A stretch of 63,431 nt of DNA, filler included, from Octopus bimaculoides (GCF_001194135.2; 6 parts of 6 records of this genome joined end to end with filler, not necessarily neighbours in it); one strand, 5' to 3'; shown: positions 37,626 to 49,765, counted from the whole stretch's first letter. Notes: a model not told the origin generated them from the letters alone. Made by a program: numbers and translations.

Positions 37626-38114
37626 TACTCTTTTACTCTTTTGTTTCAGTCATTTGACTGTGGCCATGCTGGAGCACCGCCTTTAGTCGAGCAAATCGAC
37701 CCCAGGACTTATTCTTTGGAAGCCTAGTACTTATTTTTTCGGTCTCTTTTTGCCGAACCACTAAGTTACGGGGACGTAAACACACCAGCATCGGTTGTCA
37801 AGCGATGTTGGGGGGNNNNNNNNNNNNNNNNNNNNNNNNNNNNNNNNNNNNNNNNNNNNNNNNNNNNNNNNNNNNNNNNNNNNNNGGGGGGGGGGGGGAC
37901 AAACACAGACACACAAATACACATACATACAAATATATATATACATATATACGACGGGCTTCTTTCAGTTTCCGTCTACCAAATCCACTCACAAGGCTTT
38001 GGTCGGCCTGAGGCTATAGTAGAAGACACTTGCCCAAGGTGCCACGTAGTGGGCCTGAACCTGGAACCATGTGGTTAGTAAGCAAGCTACTTACCACACA
38101 GCCACTCCTATGCC
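37626..38114 (-). mobile_element. Full-length family B SINE
   Basis: From (TACTCTTT)n tail to head; a gap falls at the internal simple repeat. Confidence 0.85.
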
Positions 38115-38653
38115 TATATAAGAGAAATGACCACTAGATGGATTCCTAATATGCTAAAGGTAGACCCCGTATAGTCTGATTACTAGGAAAAATTTTTCTC
38201 AAGGAATTTCAGCAAACGCCAGAACATAAAGCAAGCAAGAGAAATGAAAAGATATAAAATATAATGATTAGTCATATACCAGGTTTCGTTGTTACCATTT
38301 GCATTACGTAAATGTCTGCAAATCCTCAGTGTGACCATAATGGAAAACATAATTCGAAGAACACTACACGAGACGTTCTCTAATCAGCAAGTTTCGATGC
38401 AGAAAATTATTTTCCGCTGAGTCATTTCCGGCTTCGGCACACCAAAACGAAGTCATTTGAAATATACCCCCAAATATAATTGATAGAACTGTATGCATGT
38501 TCTCACACACATACATATATTCATTCATTCATTCATACCGATATTAAAAAAAAAAAACATTTGGTTTTTTAAATAAATGCCTATCAAGCTTGGATTTTCA
38601 GAAAAAGAAATCAACCGATTTGCACATTGTAAATACAATCTGTAAGCAGAACT

Positions 38654-39075
38654 CTTTACTCTCTTTCACTCTTTTACTTGTTTCAGTCTTTTGACTGTGG
38701 CCATGCTGGAGCACCGCCTTTAGTCGAGCAAATCGACCCCAGGACTTATTCTTTGGAAGCCTAGTACTTATTCTATCGGTCTCTTTTTGCTGAACCGCTA
38801 AGTTACGGGGACGTAAACACACCAGCATCGGTTGTCAAGCGATGTTGGGGGGACAAATACAGACACAAAAACATACACACACACACACATATATATACAT
38901 ACATATATACGACAGGCTTCTTTCAGTTTCCGTCTACCAAATCCACTGACAAGGCTTTGGTCAGCCCGAGGCTATATAGTAGAAGACACTTGCCCAAGGT
39001 GCCACGCAGTGGGACTGAACCTGGAACCATGTGGTTGGTAAGCAAGCTACTTACCACACAGCCACTCCTACGCCT
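38654..39075 (-). mobile_element. Full-length family B SINE
   Basis: Near-identical to 37626-38114. Confidence 0.88.
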
Positions 39076-39363
39076 ATAGCAGTAAAAATATGCAAGACTT
39101 TTCTCAGATTTAAAATGAGACATTGTTTTTGTCATCCACATTTGAAAGCTGTATCTTTGATAGAAACCAGGAAGAATTTAAATGCTTACATACAGAAGAG
39201 ACATATACACACGCACGCATTCACTGCACATACACACATACATAGATACCCGCATACATATAAATATACCTACCTATATACATGCATACACATACACATG
39301 TTTAGGCAAGGCTTCTGGATAACCGATGTTGGTTTATAATAAGTTGCCATAATTTTCGAGCGA

Positions 39364-39636
39364 GATCATTGCCAGTGCCCCTGGACTGGCTCTTGTGCGG
39401 GTGGCACATAAAAGACACCATTTCGAGCGTGGCCGTTTTCGTGCGGGTGACACGTAAAAGCACCCACTACACTCTCTGAGTGGTTGGCGTTAGGAAGGGC
39501 ATCCAGCTGTAGAAACTCTGCCAAATCAGATTGGAGCCTGGTGTTGCCATCCGGTTTCACCAGTCCTCAGTCAAATCGTCCAACCCATGCTAGCATGGAA
39601 AGCGGACGTTAAATGACGATGATGATGATGATGATG
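39364..39636 (+). mobile_element. Family D 3' fragment
   Basis: Matches 26816-27041. Confidence 0.78.
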
Positions 39637-39956
39637 AACTTAGCAGTNNNNNNNNNNNNNNNNNNNNNNNNNNNNNNNNNNNNNNNNNNNNNNNNNNNNN
39701 NNNNNNNNNNNNNNNNNNNNNNNNNNNNNNNNNNNNNNNNNNNNNNNNNNNNNNNNNNNNNNNNNNNNNNNNNNNNNNNNNNNNNNNNNNNNNNNNNNNN
39801 NNNNNNNNNNNNNNNNNNNNNNNNNNNNNNNNNNNNNNNNNNNNNNNNNNNNNNNNNNNNNNNNNNNNNNNNNNNNNNNNNNNNNNNNNNNNNNNNNNNN
39901 NNNNNNNNNNNNNNNNNNNNNNNNNNNNNNNNNNNNNNNNNNNNNNNNNNNNNNNN

Positions 39957-40259
39957 TGGCTGAGCACTCCACAGACACGTGTACCCTTAATGTAGTTCTT
40001 GGGGGATATTCAGTGTGACACAGAGTGTGACAAGGCTAACCCTTTGAATTACAGGCACAACAGAAACAGGAAGTAAGAGTGAGAGAAAGTTGTGGTGGAA
40101 GAGTACAGCAGGGTTCGCCACCATCCCCTGCCGGTGCCTCGTGGAGCTTTTAGGTGTTTTTGCTCAATAAACACTCACAACACCCGGTCTGGGAATTGAA
40201 ACCACGATCCTATGACCGCGAGTCCGCTGCCCTAACCACTGGGCCATTGCGCCTCCACT
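39957..40259 (-). mobile_element. Family A SINE, 3' end lost in gap
   Basis: Matches 28962-29348. Confidence 0.85.
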
Positions 40260-40708
40260 ATCAAATAATCCAGCTGTTTTAGAAAATTAAGACAGTGTTA
40301 ATGTTTCAGGCTCTCAGACGAATGTCAGTTGGTTTTAAGAACAAGATTAACTGATCCATGAATGGATCATTGTTACATGTTTGTTTAATGTGGCACCTCA
40401 CTGCACCCCTAACCGCCATCATCATCATCATCGTCGTCATTATTTCAGAGGCAAAATTTTAGCTAGATTTAGTGTGAGTTGCTGAAGCAGAAATATCGTT
40501 ATAGTAAATATACTGCTCAATAGCACAGATTTGTTTGTTGTTTGTTGTTTTTACCTCTTATTAGGTGCTACCCGGCACTCTCAGTCACAATTAGTGACAA
40601 TTGAACTTTTCCCTTTTGGTTTTATGTTGTGCATAACTGCGTTCGTTATTTAATAATTTTCACATTACCATTTTGCTGAATCAGCCATACATTTATATGG
40701 TAAATACT

Positions 40709-41145
40709 TGCAGTGGCGTGAAATTATAGCCGCCATTGAGGAAGTACTATTCTGCGCATGCGCAGGGGACTTCAACACCGGAAGCCCCTCGAGTGTGCAT
40801 GCGTAGTAAAACTGGTACTAAAAGAGTGAGTTTCACTTTGTTAGGCAGTTGAGCGACAGACCTTCTACGGGACAACTCCTCACTCCTCAACGAAGCACTC
40901 TTCACCACGATGCCATCGATGGTGATAGCTACTTGCTTCTCTGGCATGCATCAAGGAAGCCGTTAACCTTCCAATACCTAATTACAACTTAATCAGTGGC
41001 TGCTAAGCTGAGTGACACAGGATTTGTAAAACCAAGCATCATCAAAACTAAAACTTATTTTTATTATGTTGTTAAATTGTTCTACTGTTCCTTAATATAT
41101 AATGCTGTTGAAAGGTGATAGAGAGAGACTAATGTCTCTATTACA
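40709..41145 (+). mobile_element. LTR-like interspersed repeat, copy 1
   Basis: Homologous to 44622-45056. TG...CA ends (TGCAGT...ATTACA). No shared flanking sequence upstream. Confidence 0.5.
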
Positions 41146-41229
41146 ACTATCAAATTTTTACATACTGTATACTGACAATCAGGATTTATCCAAACCATCC
41201 AGCGATGGAGTAACCATCACTTATGAGCT

Positions 41230-41972
41230 TATATGATCTTCGAACTTTGGGCCTCACAGAAGCAATGAATAGTGGCTGAGACCTTTGGCGGTATGCTGTG
41301 TTTGAGAACACTCATCAAGACAAGTGAAATCGTAGTCGTGGCTGATGCTGGTGTCACGTAACTGTCGGCACCCATGCTGGGGCACATAATAAGCACCTTT
41401 CAAGTGCTTGGAGGCAAAGCAGCCAATACCGGTGGCATGTGAAAAGCTGCTTTTGAATGTTGGACGTCAAGGAGGCAATGACGAATGACTGAGACCTTTG
41501 GCATTGCTGTGCTTGAGAAGACCCATCAACCCAAGTAAGATTGCAGTCGTGGCAGATATTGGTGTCATGCAAATGACACCAGTGCCAGTGGCACATAAAA
41601 GGTACCCGTTACACTCTTGGAGTAGTTGGTGTTAGGAAGGGTGTCCAGCCATAGAAACCATACCAAATCAAACTGGAGTCTGGTGCAGCTTTCCAGCCCT
41701 GGTCAAACCATTCAACCTATGCCAGCATGGATAACGGATTTTAAATGATGAAGATGATGACGATTATCATCATCATCATCATCATCGTTTAACGTCCGCT
41801 TTCCATGCTAGCATGGGTTGGACGATTTGACTGAGGACTGGTGAAACCGGATAGCAACACCAGGCTCCAATCTAATTTGGCAGAGTTTCTACAGCTGGAT
41901 GCCCTTCCTAATGCCAACCACTCAGAGAGTGTAGTGGGTGCTTTTACGTGTCACCCGCAAGAAAACCGCCAC
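41230..41972. mobile_element. Older family D-related copy (+) abutting a younger family D copy (-)
   Basis: + copy ends aaatgatgaagatgatga at about 41760; - copy starts catcatcatcgtttaacg at about 41766. Confidence 0.7.
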
Positions 41973-42794
41973 NNNNNNNNNNNNNNNNNNNNNNNNNNNN
42001 NNNNNNNNNNNNNNNNTTAATTAATTAANNNNNNNNNNNNNNNNNNNNNNNNNNNNNNNNNNNNNNNNNNNNAAAATAATATTTTGCAAGGCCAGCTCTC
42101 ATCAGCGGAAAAGCCAAGATTAACACAGGTACAAACACAGGCATACAAACATATATATACATATGTACGACGGACTTCTTTCAATTTCCGTTCACCAAAA
42201 CCTCTCATAAAACTTTGGTCGGCCCGAGGCTATAGTAGAAGATACTTGTCCAAGGTGCCACGCAGTGAGACTGAACCCGGAACTATGTGGTCGGTAAGCA
42301 AGCGACTTACCACACAGCCACTATATATATTTACTCTTTTCCCGAGAAAAACATTTGTATATAAGTGTGTAGTTGTATATAAATGTTACTACATTATGAG
42401 TTAGAGCTCCACAATTATTGCAATTATTCCGTCAGTTTCCAGTACTGAGGTCAGTCTACCAATGTACATAGCAGTGTTGCTATTTATAACAGACAGTGCA
42501 TAAATAAGGGAAGATAACCACAAGTATGACTCAGTAGTTGCTACGTATGTTTCGCCATTTCGTTATTTGGATGTCAGCACTGTAAGTTGAGATGGCTATT
42601 GGATGGCTAACCGCAATGGATCTTCTGGGGAATACTTTATTGTGTTCTGTTGCTGAAATCTGATATTTCAAGTCAGAGGTAAGACAACGTAATTTTCAAG
42701 TAATTAGAGAAAGAAGGAGAAAGAAAGCAAATGGTGGAAAGGAACGAAGGAAGTAAAAGACTGACCAAATTAGTAATAAATAGCATAAATATAT

Positions 42795-43070
42795 GTGGAG
42801 GCACATGGCTTAGTGGTTAGGGCAGTGGACTCGCGGTCGAGGGATTGCAGGTTCGAATCTCAGACCGGGTGATGTTTGTGTTTATGAGAGAGATATCTAA
42901 CCTCCACGCGGCTCCGGCAGAAGATAATGGCGAACTTCTGGTGACTCTTTCGCCACAAATTTCTCTGAACTCTTCCTCCTGCATCTAACAGTTCACTTGT
43001 GACGGACCGGCGTTCGGTCCTGGTGGGGAACCTATACGCCAAAGAAACCGGGAAACAGGCCCTTATGAAC
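42795..43070 (+). mobile_element. SINE with family A-like head but a different 3' tail
   Basis: Head GTGGAGGCACATGGCTTAGTGGTTAGGGCAGTGGACTCGCGGTC; tail GTGACGGACCGGCG...GGGGAACCTATACGCCAAAGAAACCGGG is absent from family A. Confidence 0.7.
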
Positions 43071-44389
43071 AATAAATAAAAATATAAAAAGCAAAATGAA
43101 TAAATAAATATATAGATAAATTATATATATTATATACCTTGGCGGTGGGGAGCGGGGCTGGGTTCAAGAATGTGATTCTTAGATACATCATGCCAGGTTC
43201 AGTCCCACTGCGTGGCATGGAGCCCTCAATCTTCTCTGGCCTCAACCGATTAAGATTCGTAAGTGGCTTTGTGCTGACGGAAATAAACGACAGGCTCCTT
43301 ACAGTTTTTGTCAGCCTAATTCTCTCACAAAGATTTGGGCCGACCGAGGCCATCGTAAAGTCACTTGCCCAACGTATCATGCAGTATGACTGAACCCGGA
43401 ACCTTGTTGATTAAAAACGAGTTTTTTTAACCAAATAACCATCCCTTTAAATTATTTAAAATAGCCATCTGCGTAACATACTCAAAGCAAATATATCGTT
43501 CGAAGCTTGATAAACAGCGGTATTGGCCCTGACCTCTTATAGGGGTAGTGTCAAAAAATACAAAAGTATTAATGTAGCGATCGAAAATCGTTCAACAGCA
43601 ATTGAGGCATTGCTAGATACACATCTCTGCTTCTTTCAGGTTTCGTCAGTGGCGAGTACCCAGTGAAACTGCATGCAAAGACAAAACACTATATCATAGT
43701 GGAACAGAGATATGTTTTCGCATCCGGTTATTTGTGAACCGTTGCTACTTACGAAGCACAGAGGAGCAGAAATAGGTGCTTAGCGACGCCACTACCGCTG
43801 ATATGCTATTTTTATCTGCTACTTATATATCTCTATGCTTTTAACACTATACGTCGATAAGACATGCTATCTCGAGGCGGATACTGATGTTCAGCAGGTT
43901 TTCAATCTTGTATATGCTTTAGGTATGAAATGTAGCTATTTTGAAACTAATAATGATTTCATCACTGATGAAGAATTTAAAAATAATTTAAGTCTACTGT
44001 GGCTAGTTTTGTTATTTAAAATGTATTGAAATTTATGAATATCCAGCTTCATTTACATAAACATATACCAAGTACCTCTTCAATTATCTTTCTTAATTAA
44101 CTAATTTTATTATCTTATCAAATATTCATACTTTATAATTAAATTATCGAAATAAAAAGTTTCCCGATGGCATACAATGCTTTTAGTCAATTCTATAAAA
44201 AAGTAATTCAGTAACTACAATATTAATAATAGTTAAGACTATTACCCTCCGTTGACAAACGTTAACCGCATAGCAACGTTCAGAGTTACATCCCTTGTTT
44301 TCTCAGATGTAATTGTACTGGATTACTCTATTACAGATATTTGAGTTCGCCCTTGCTGGAGCAGAGCTTATGTCTGTCTGCCAGCCTGC

Positions 44390-44429
<40 letters not shown>

Positions 44430-44621
44430 TTTTATCCATATAAATATATCCCAGCAAACCTACTTGCTTATCTCTAAACCCCTCATATTTTTTAATATAT
44501 ATATAGATTCAGTAAGATACATAATACCACTTGCTAAAATCAGAGCCAAGGTTCCAAAATCCACCCTAAACTCACGATAAAGATACACGCGAGCAATGCA
44601 ATGAACATGTGAGAAATAGGC

Positions 44622-45056
44622 TGTAGTGGCGCGAAATTATAGCCACCATTGAGGAAGTACTATCTGCGCATGCGCGAGGGACTTGCTTTCCCGGAAGCCC
44701 CTCGAGTGCGCATGCATAGTAAAACTAGTAGTTAAAGAGTTACTTTCGTTTTATAACTCAGTTGAGTGAGAGACCTTCGACGTGACAACACCTCGCTCCT
44801 CAACGAAGCACTCTTCACCACGATGCCATCGATGTGATAGCTACTTGCTCCTCTGGCATGCATCAAGGAAGCTCTTTACCTTCCAATTCCGATGACAACT
44901 GAATCAGCGGCTGCTAAGCTGAATGACACAGGATTTGTAAAACCAAGCATCATCCAAGAATAAAACTTATTTTTATTATGTTGTTAATTGTTCTACTGTA
45001 TCTTCATATATAATTATGTTGAAAGGGGATAGAGAGAGACTAATGTCTCTATTGCA
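44622..45056 (+). mobile_element. LTR-like interspersed repeat, copy 2
   Basis: TGTAGT...ATTGCA, with an internal AATAAA. Diverged direct repeat of 40709-41145. Confidence 0.5.
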
Positions 45057-45303
45057 ACTGTCAACCATTTACAAGGCATATATTTGCGTTGAATACAAAA
45101 GTATGTATCGTATATTTCATTATCAATTGATTTCACGCTTTGCATGACAAACATACTCTGTGATCTTCAGTTGAAAATAACATTTGAACATCTATTTCAA
45201 AAATGTTTACTACATTAACTCGTGTTCGTTCCTTACATTAAACGTCTCGCTCTGTTTAAAAGCAAGAATGCAATTTAAGTAAAGATGTATTATTACCCTT
45301 ATT

Positions 45304-45694
45304 GTGGAGGCGCAATGGTCCAGTGGTTAGGGCAGCGGGCTCGCAGTCATAGGATCGCGGTTTCGATTCCCAGAGCGGGCGTTGTGAGTGTTTATTGAGC
45401 GAAAAGACCTAAAGCCCCACGAGGCTCCGGCAGGGGATGGTGGCGAACCATGCTGTACTCTTTCACCACAACTTTCTCTCACTCTTACTTTCTGTTTCTC
45501 TTGTGCCTGTAATTCAAAGGAGCCAGCCTTGTCACACTGTGTCACCATGAATAACCCCGAGAACTACGTTAAGGGTACACGTGTCTGTGGAGTGCTCAGT
45601 CACTTGCACATTAATTTCACGAGCAGGCTGTTCCGTTGATCGAATCAACTGGAACCCTCATCGTCGTAAGCGACGGAGTGCCAACAACAACTAC
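45304..45694 (+). mobile_element. Full-length tRNA-headed SINE (family A, octopus OR-like) with 15-bp TSD
   Basis: A-box/B-box head GTGGAGGCGCAATGGTCCAGTGG...GGTTTCGATTCCC; (CAA)n tail; TSD ATTATTACCCTTATT at 45289-45303 and 45695-45709. Confidence 0.9.
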
Positions 45695-46102
45695 ATTATT
45701 ACCCTTATTACCTTATAAGGTAATATACATAAGGCACAATATATGAGTTCACGTAATCCGGAAGTACTCATAAAAGAAGCTCCTTAAGGTATCAAAACAG
45801 AGACACAAGAGAAAAACATAAGAAGTGTATAAAGTTATAACTGACAGAGACGTATTGAGACGATGGTTTATTTGTCCAAAGAATTTTCCTTTCGTTAAAT
45901 AAATGTCCACTTAAATAATTCTCTGTTGTTTATAACTTTCTATATATACTAGATTGAGGAAAAGCTCGTGTGCCGGGTTAAAATAATGATATTTATGCAA
46001 GAATCTATTCAAAAACACCAATAACTATTTTTCGAAATAAAGACCATCATTTTCCACGACCTTCTGCCAACGATCTGCGAACATTCGGCTTTCGTCAAAG
46101 TG

Positions 46103-46503
46103 TTCGGTTGGCAACTAAGTTCTCGCCGTTTTTGTAAATTTTGGAATTTATTGCGTTTTTAAATTTTGGAATCAATTTTTTTCGAGAATTCTATTTTTGA
46201 ATCATTTTGGAATCTATTTTGTTTTTTTTATTCAGTTAAATTTAATTAATTTTTGTTTATTTTCAGATCATTAAAATGGAATGTCAAGTTAAGAAAAAAT
46301 GAGCATTTTCGACACCTCCTTCATTTTGCTTTTAATCAAGGTTCTAAGGCCGCAAAAGCTGCTTGCAACATTTCGGCTCTGTATGGAGAGGGTGCCATAG
46401 ATGAAAGAACCGCTCGTGATTGGTATGCCAAGTTCAAAAATGAAAATTTTGACCTCAAAGTCGCACCTCGTTCTGGCCAGTTGAGTTCGATGAAGAGCGA
46501 TTA
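46103..46503 (+). pseudogene. mariner transposon 5' remnant (TIR plus N-terminal HTH of transposase)
   Basis: TIR-like TTCGGTTGGCAACTAAG at 46103. ATG at 46276 gives MECQVK, then a frameshift to NEHFRHLLHFAFNQG...WYAKFKNENFDLKVAPRSG, then a second shift to PVEFDEERL before a gap. Confidence 0.88.
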
Positions 46504-47017
46504 NNNNNNNNNNNNNNNNNNNNNNNNNNNNNNNNNNNNNNNNNNNNNNNNNNNNNNNNNNNNNNNNNNNNNNNNNNNNNNNNNNNNNNNNNNNNNNNNN
46601 NNNNNNNNNNNNNNNNNNNNNNNNNNNNNNNNNNNNNNNNNNNNNNNNNNNNNNNNNNNNNNNNNNNNNNNNNNNNNNNNNNNNNNNNNNNNNNNNNNNN
46701 NNNNNNNNNNNNNNNNNNNNNNNNNNNNNNNNNNNNNNNNNNNNNNNNNNNNNNNNNNNNNNNNNNNNNNNNNNNNNNNNNNNNNNNNNNNNNNNNNNNN
46801 NNNNNNNNNNNNNNNNNNNNNNNNNNNNNNNNNNNNNNNNNNNNNNNNNNNNNNNNNNNNNNNNNNNNNNNNNNNNNNNNNNNNNNNNNNNNNNNNNNNN
46901 NNNNNNNNNNNNNNNNNNNNNNNNNNNNNNNNNNNNNNNNNNNNNNNNNNNNNNNNNNNNNNNNNNNNNNNNNNNNNNNNNNNNNNNNNNNNNNNNNNNN
47001 NNNNNNNNNNNNNNNNT

Positions 47018-47245
47018 ATATATATATATATGATTAGGTGTGCGTGTCTGTGTTTATCCCCCAACCATCGCTTGACAACAGAAACTAGTGTGTCTACGTC
47101 CCCGTAACTTAGCAGTTCGGCAAAAGAGATCCGAGAGAGTAAGTACTAGGGTTACAAAGGTGCTTCAGCATGGCCACAGTCAAAAGTGACTGTGGTCATG
47201 CCCCAGCATGGCCGCTGTCAAAGGTGACTGAAACAGGTAATAGAA
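47018..47245 (+). mobile_element. Family B SINE 3' half
   Basis: ccaaccatcgcttgacaac...cagcatggccacagtc. Confidence 0.72.
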
Positions 47246-47344
47246 TAAATATATATAGTTCGAAGTTACTTACAAAAAAAGATGAAGACAGGTAAGGGAA
47301 CAACAAGCAGGTGTATTTCTTTGACGCTCGGGGAGGATGGAAAA

Positions 47345-47385
47345 GTCTTTGACGTTTCGAACCTACGCTCTTCGACAGAAAGGAC
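47345..47385 (-). ncRNA. Minimal hammerhead-like motif with a variant core
   Basis: Minus strand: GUCCUUU-CUGUCGA-AGAGCGUAGGUUC-GAAAC-GUC-AAAGAC. Stem I is 6 bp with one bulge; stem III is palindromic ACGU; the core has A6>U. Confidence 0.45.
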
Positions 47386-47689
47386 GAAGAAGGGAAAAAA
47401 TGAAGAGACAGGGAAAAAATGTCTACGTTTTAACGGTTCAACATGGTGAAGATATAAATATATATGTGTATATGTGTGTGTGTGAGTGTCTGGATATATA
47501 TTCTGTTATTCTTTTACTTGTCTTAGTCATTTGATTGCGGCCATGCTGGAGCACCGCCCTTAGTTGAACAAATCAACTCCAGGACTTATTCTTCGTAAGC
47601 CTAGTACTTATTCTATCGGTCTGTTTTGCCGACGAACCACTGGTGTTACGGGGACGTAAACACGCCAACATCGGTTGTTAACCATCATA

Positions 47690-48075
47690 TGAATAAGAGG
47701 TGGGATGGCCACAGCTGGAACGTCTTTGATCATAGGTCTGTCTGGATCAGGACTGACCTGGGGCTAAACAACAACAACTATAGCCACTAATACTAACTTC
47801 CATACTGTACATTAGATAATGTAGTCCTAGATACACTATGCCTGAATAAAAGATGGGATGGTCACAGTTGGAACGTCTTTGGTCATAGGTCTGTCTGGAT
47901 CAGGACTGACCTGGGGCTAAAACTATAGCTATTAATACTAACTCCTATGCTATACATTAGATAATGTAGTCCTAGATACACTTAGACTGAACGAAAGACA
48001 GGATAATAACAGCTGGAACGACTTCGATAGTTGCTTGCTTTTTTTCAAGACTTACCTAGGGCTAAACAATCTCAA
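47690..48075. repeat. About 150-bp tandem repeat sharing its core with 29400-30330
   Basis: cattagataatgtagtcctagatacactatg...caggactgacctggggctaaa recurs with a different linker. Confidence 0.82.
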
Positions 48076-48157
48076 CAACATCAACAGCAGCAGAAGTCGC
48101 AGCAGCAGCACAGATAGATGAAAGAGAGATAACATTAACTGTGAGAGCGTTGTCTAG

Positions 48158-48210
48158 AGGGGCGTGGGTGTAATTGATGATTGTTTACCGGTTAAACGTT
48201 GCTGATTGGC
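48158..48210. promoter_or_regulatory. GC-box plus reverse CCAAT-box cluster
   Basis: ggggcgtggg at about 48159-48168 and ctgattggc at 48202-48210. Confidence 0.3.
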
Positions 48211-48495
48211 TGGTGAGGAATGTGTGTGAATGCGCATGTGCAGAGTAAACGCAGAGTGTGTATATGTGTATGCGCACGCTTCAGTGTAGAAGTGTTTCTA
48301 TTGGGGATGTGTGTGTTTGTATATTTGTGGGTGAGTAAATTTGTTTCATCCGAATCGCATAGTTCCGGGTTCAGTCCCGCTGCCTGGCATTTAGGAAAAA
48401 CTGTCTTTTAGTATAACCCCCGGGCCGACCTTAGCCTAACGCATGTATTCAGGTTCACAGAAACTGAAAGAAAACCATTGTGTACATACATGATG

Positions 48496-49292
48496 GTGGA
48501 GGCTCAATGGCACAGTGGTTAGGGCAGCAGACTCGCGGTCATAGGATCGCGGTTTCGATTCCCAGACCAGGCGTTGTGAGTGTTTATTGAGCGAAAACAC
48601 CTAAAAGCTCCCCGAGGCTCCGGCAGGGGATGGTGGCGAACCCTGCTGTACTCTTCCACCACAACGTTCTCTCACTCTTTCTTCCTGTTTCTGTTGTGCC
48701 TGAGGGTTCCAGTTGATCCGATCAACGGAACAGCCTGCTCGTGAAATTAACGTGCAAGTGGCTGAGCACTCCACAGACACGTGTACCCTTAACGTAGTTC
48801 TCGGGGGAGATTCAGCGTGACACAGTGTGACAAGGTTGANNNNNNNNNNCTCGCGGTCATAGGATCGCGGTTTCGATTCCCAGACCAGGCGTTGTGAGTG
48901 TTTATTGAGCGAAAACACCTAAAAGCTCCCCGAGGCTCCGGCAGGGGATGGTGGCGAACCCTGCTGTACTCTTCCACCACAACGTTCTCTCACTCTTTCT
49001 TCCTGTTTCTGTTGTGCCTGAGGGTTCCAGTTGATCCGATCAACGGAACAGCCTGCTCGTGAAATTAACGTGCAAGTGGCTGAGCACTCCACAGACACGT
49101 GTACCCTTAACGTAGTTCTCGGGGGAGATTCAGCGTGACACAGTGTGACAAGGTTGACCCTTTGAATTACAGGCACAACAGAAACGGGAATTAAGAGTGA
49201 GAGAAAGTTGTGGTGAAAGAGTACAGCAGCGTTCGCCATCATCCCCTGATCCTATGCCCGCTGCCCTGACCACTGGGCCATTGCGCCTCCAC
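48496..49292. mobile_element. Composite of family A SINEs joined tail-to-tail, repeated across a small gap
   Basis: The + strand head and body end at gttgtgcctg and switch to the - strand at agggttccag; this junction occurs twice (about 48700 and 49020). Confidence 0.8.
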
Positions 49293-49344
49293 GTACCCGC
49301 GTATACGTAAATGAATACATACAAACGTAACATTTTGTTGGACG

Positions 49345-49636
49345 GCTGTTGACTGCGGCCATGCTGGAGCACCGCTTTTAAGCCGAACAAATCGACCGAG
49401 GACTTATTCTCTGTAAGTCTACTACTTATTCTAACGGTCTCTTTTGCCGAAACACACCAGCATCGGTTGTCAAGCGCTTCCGCCATCTTATGTTTCGTCC
49501 TGCACAGACTCCAACAATCACACTTCTCGCCCGAGGCTATAGTAGAAGACACCTGCCCAAGGTGCCACGCAGTGGGAATGAACCCGGAACCATGTGGTTG
49601 GTAAGCAAGCTACTTACCACAAAGCCACTCCTGCGC
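49345..49636 (-). mobile_element. Family B SINE with internal rearrangement
   Basis: 3' half and head halves are separated by unrelated sequence. Confidence 0.72.
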
Positions 49637-49720
49637 TTGTATAACATATGTGAATAAGTGTCATGTCTATATCTGTGTGTGTATGTGAGTGTGTGTGTGT
49701 ATATGCATTATCATTGCTTA

Positions 49721-49765
<45 letters not shown>

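Noticed and set aside
40880-40960. Faint resemblance of the LTR-like repeat to U3 snoRNA (gcac...accacga)
   Set aside because: No recognisable B, C or D boxes.
42535-42582. Hammerhead-like GAAAC-AUAC-GUA on the minus strand
   Set aside because: The core reads CUGACAU and there is no stem I pairing.
43640-43790. Candidate next exon of the TIR-HEAT gene after a ttctttcAG acceptor
   Set aside because: The required phase gives FRQWRVPSETAC..., with no HEAT character; no support.
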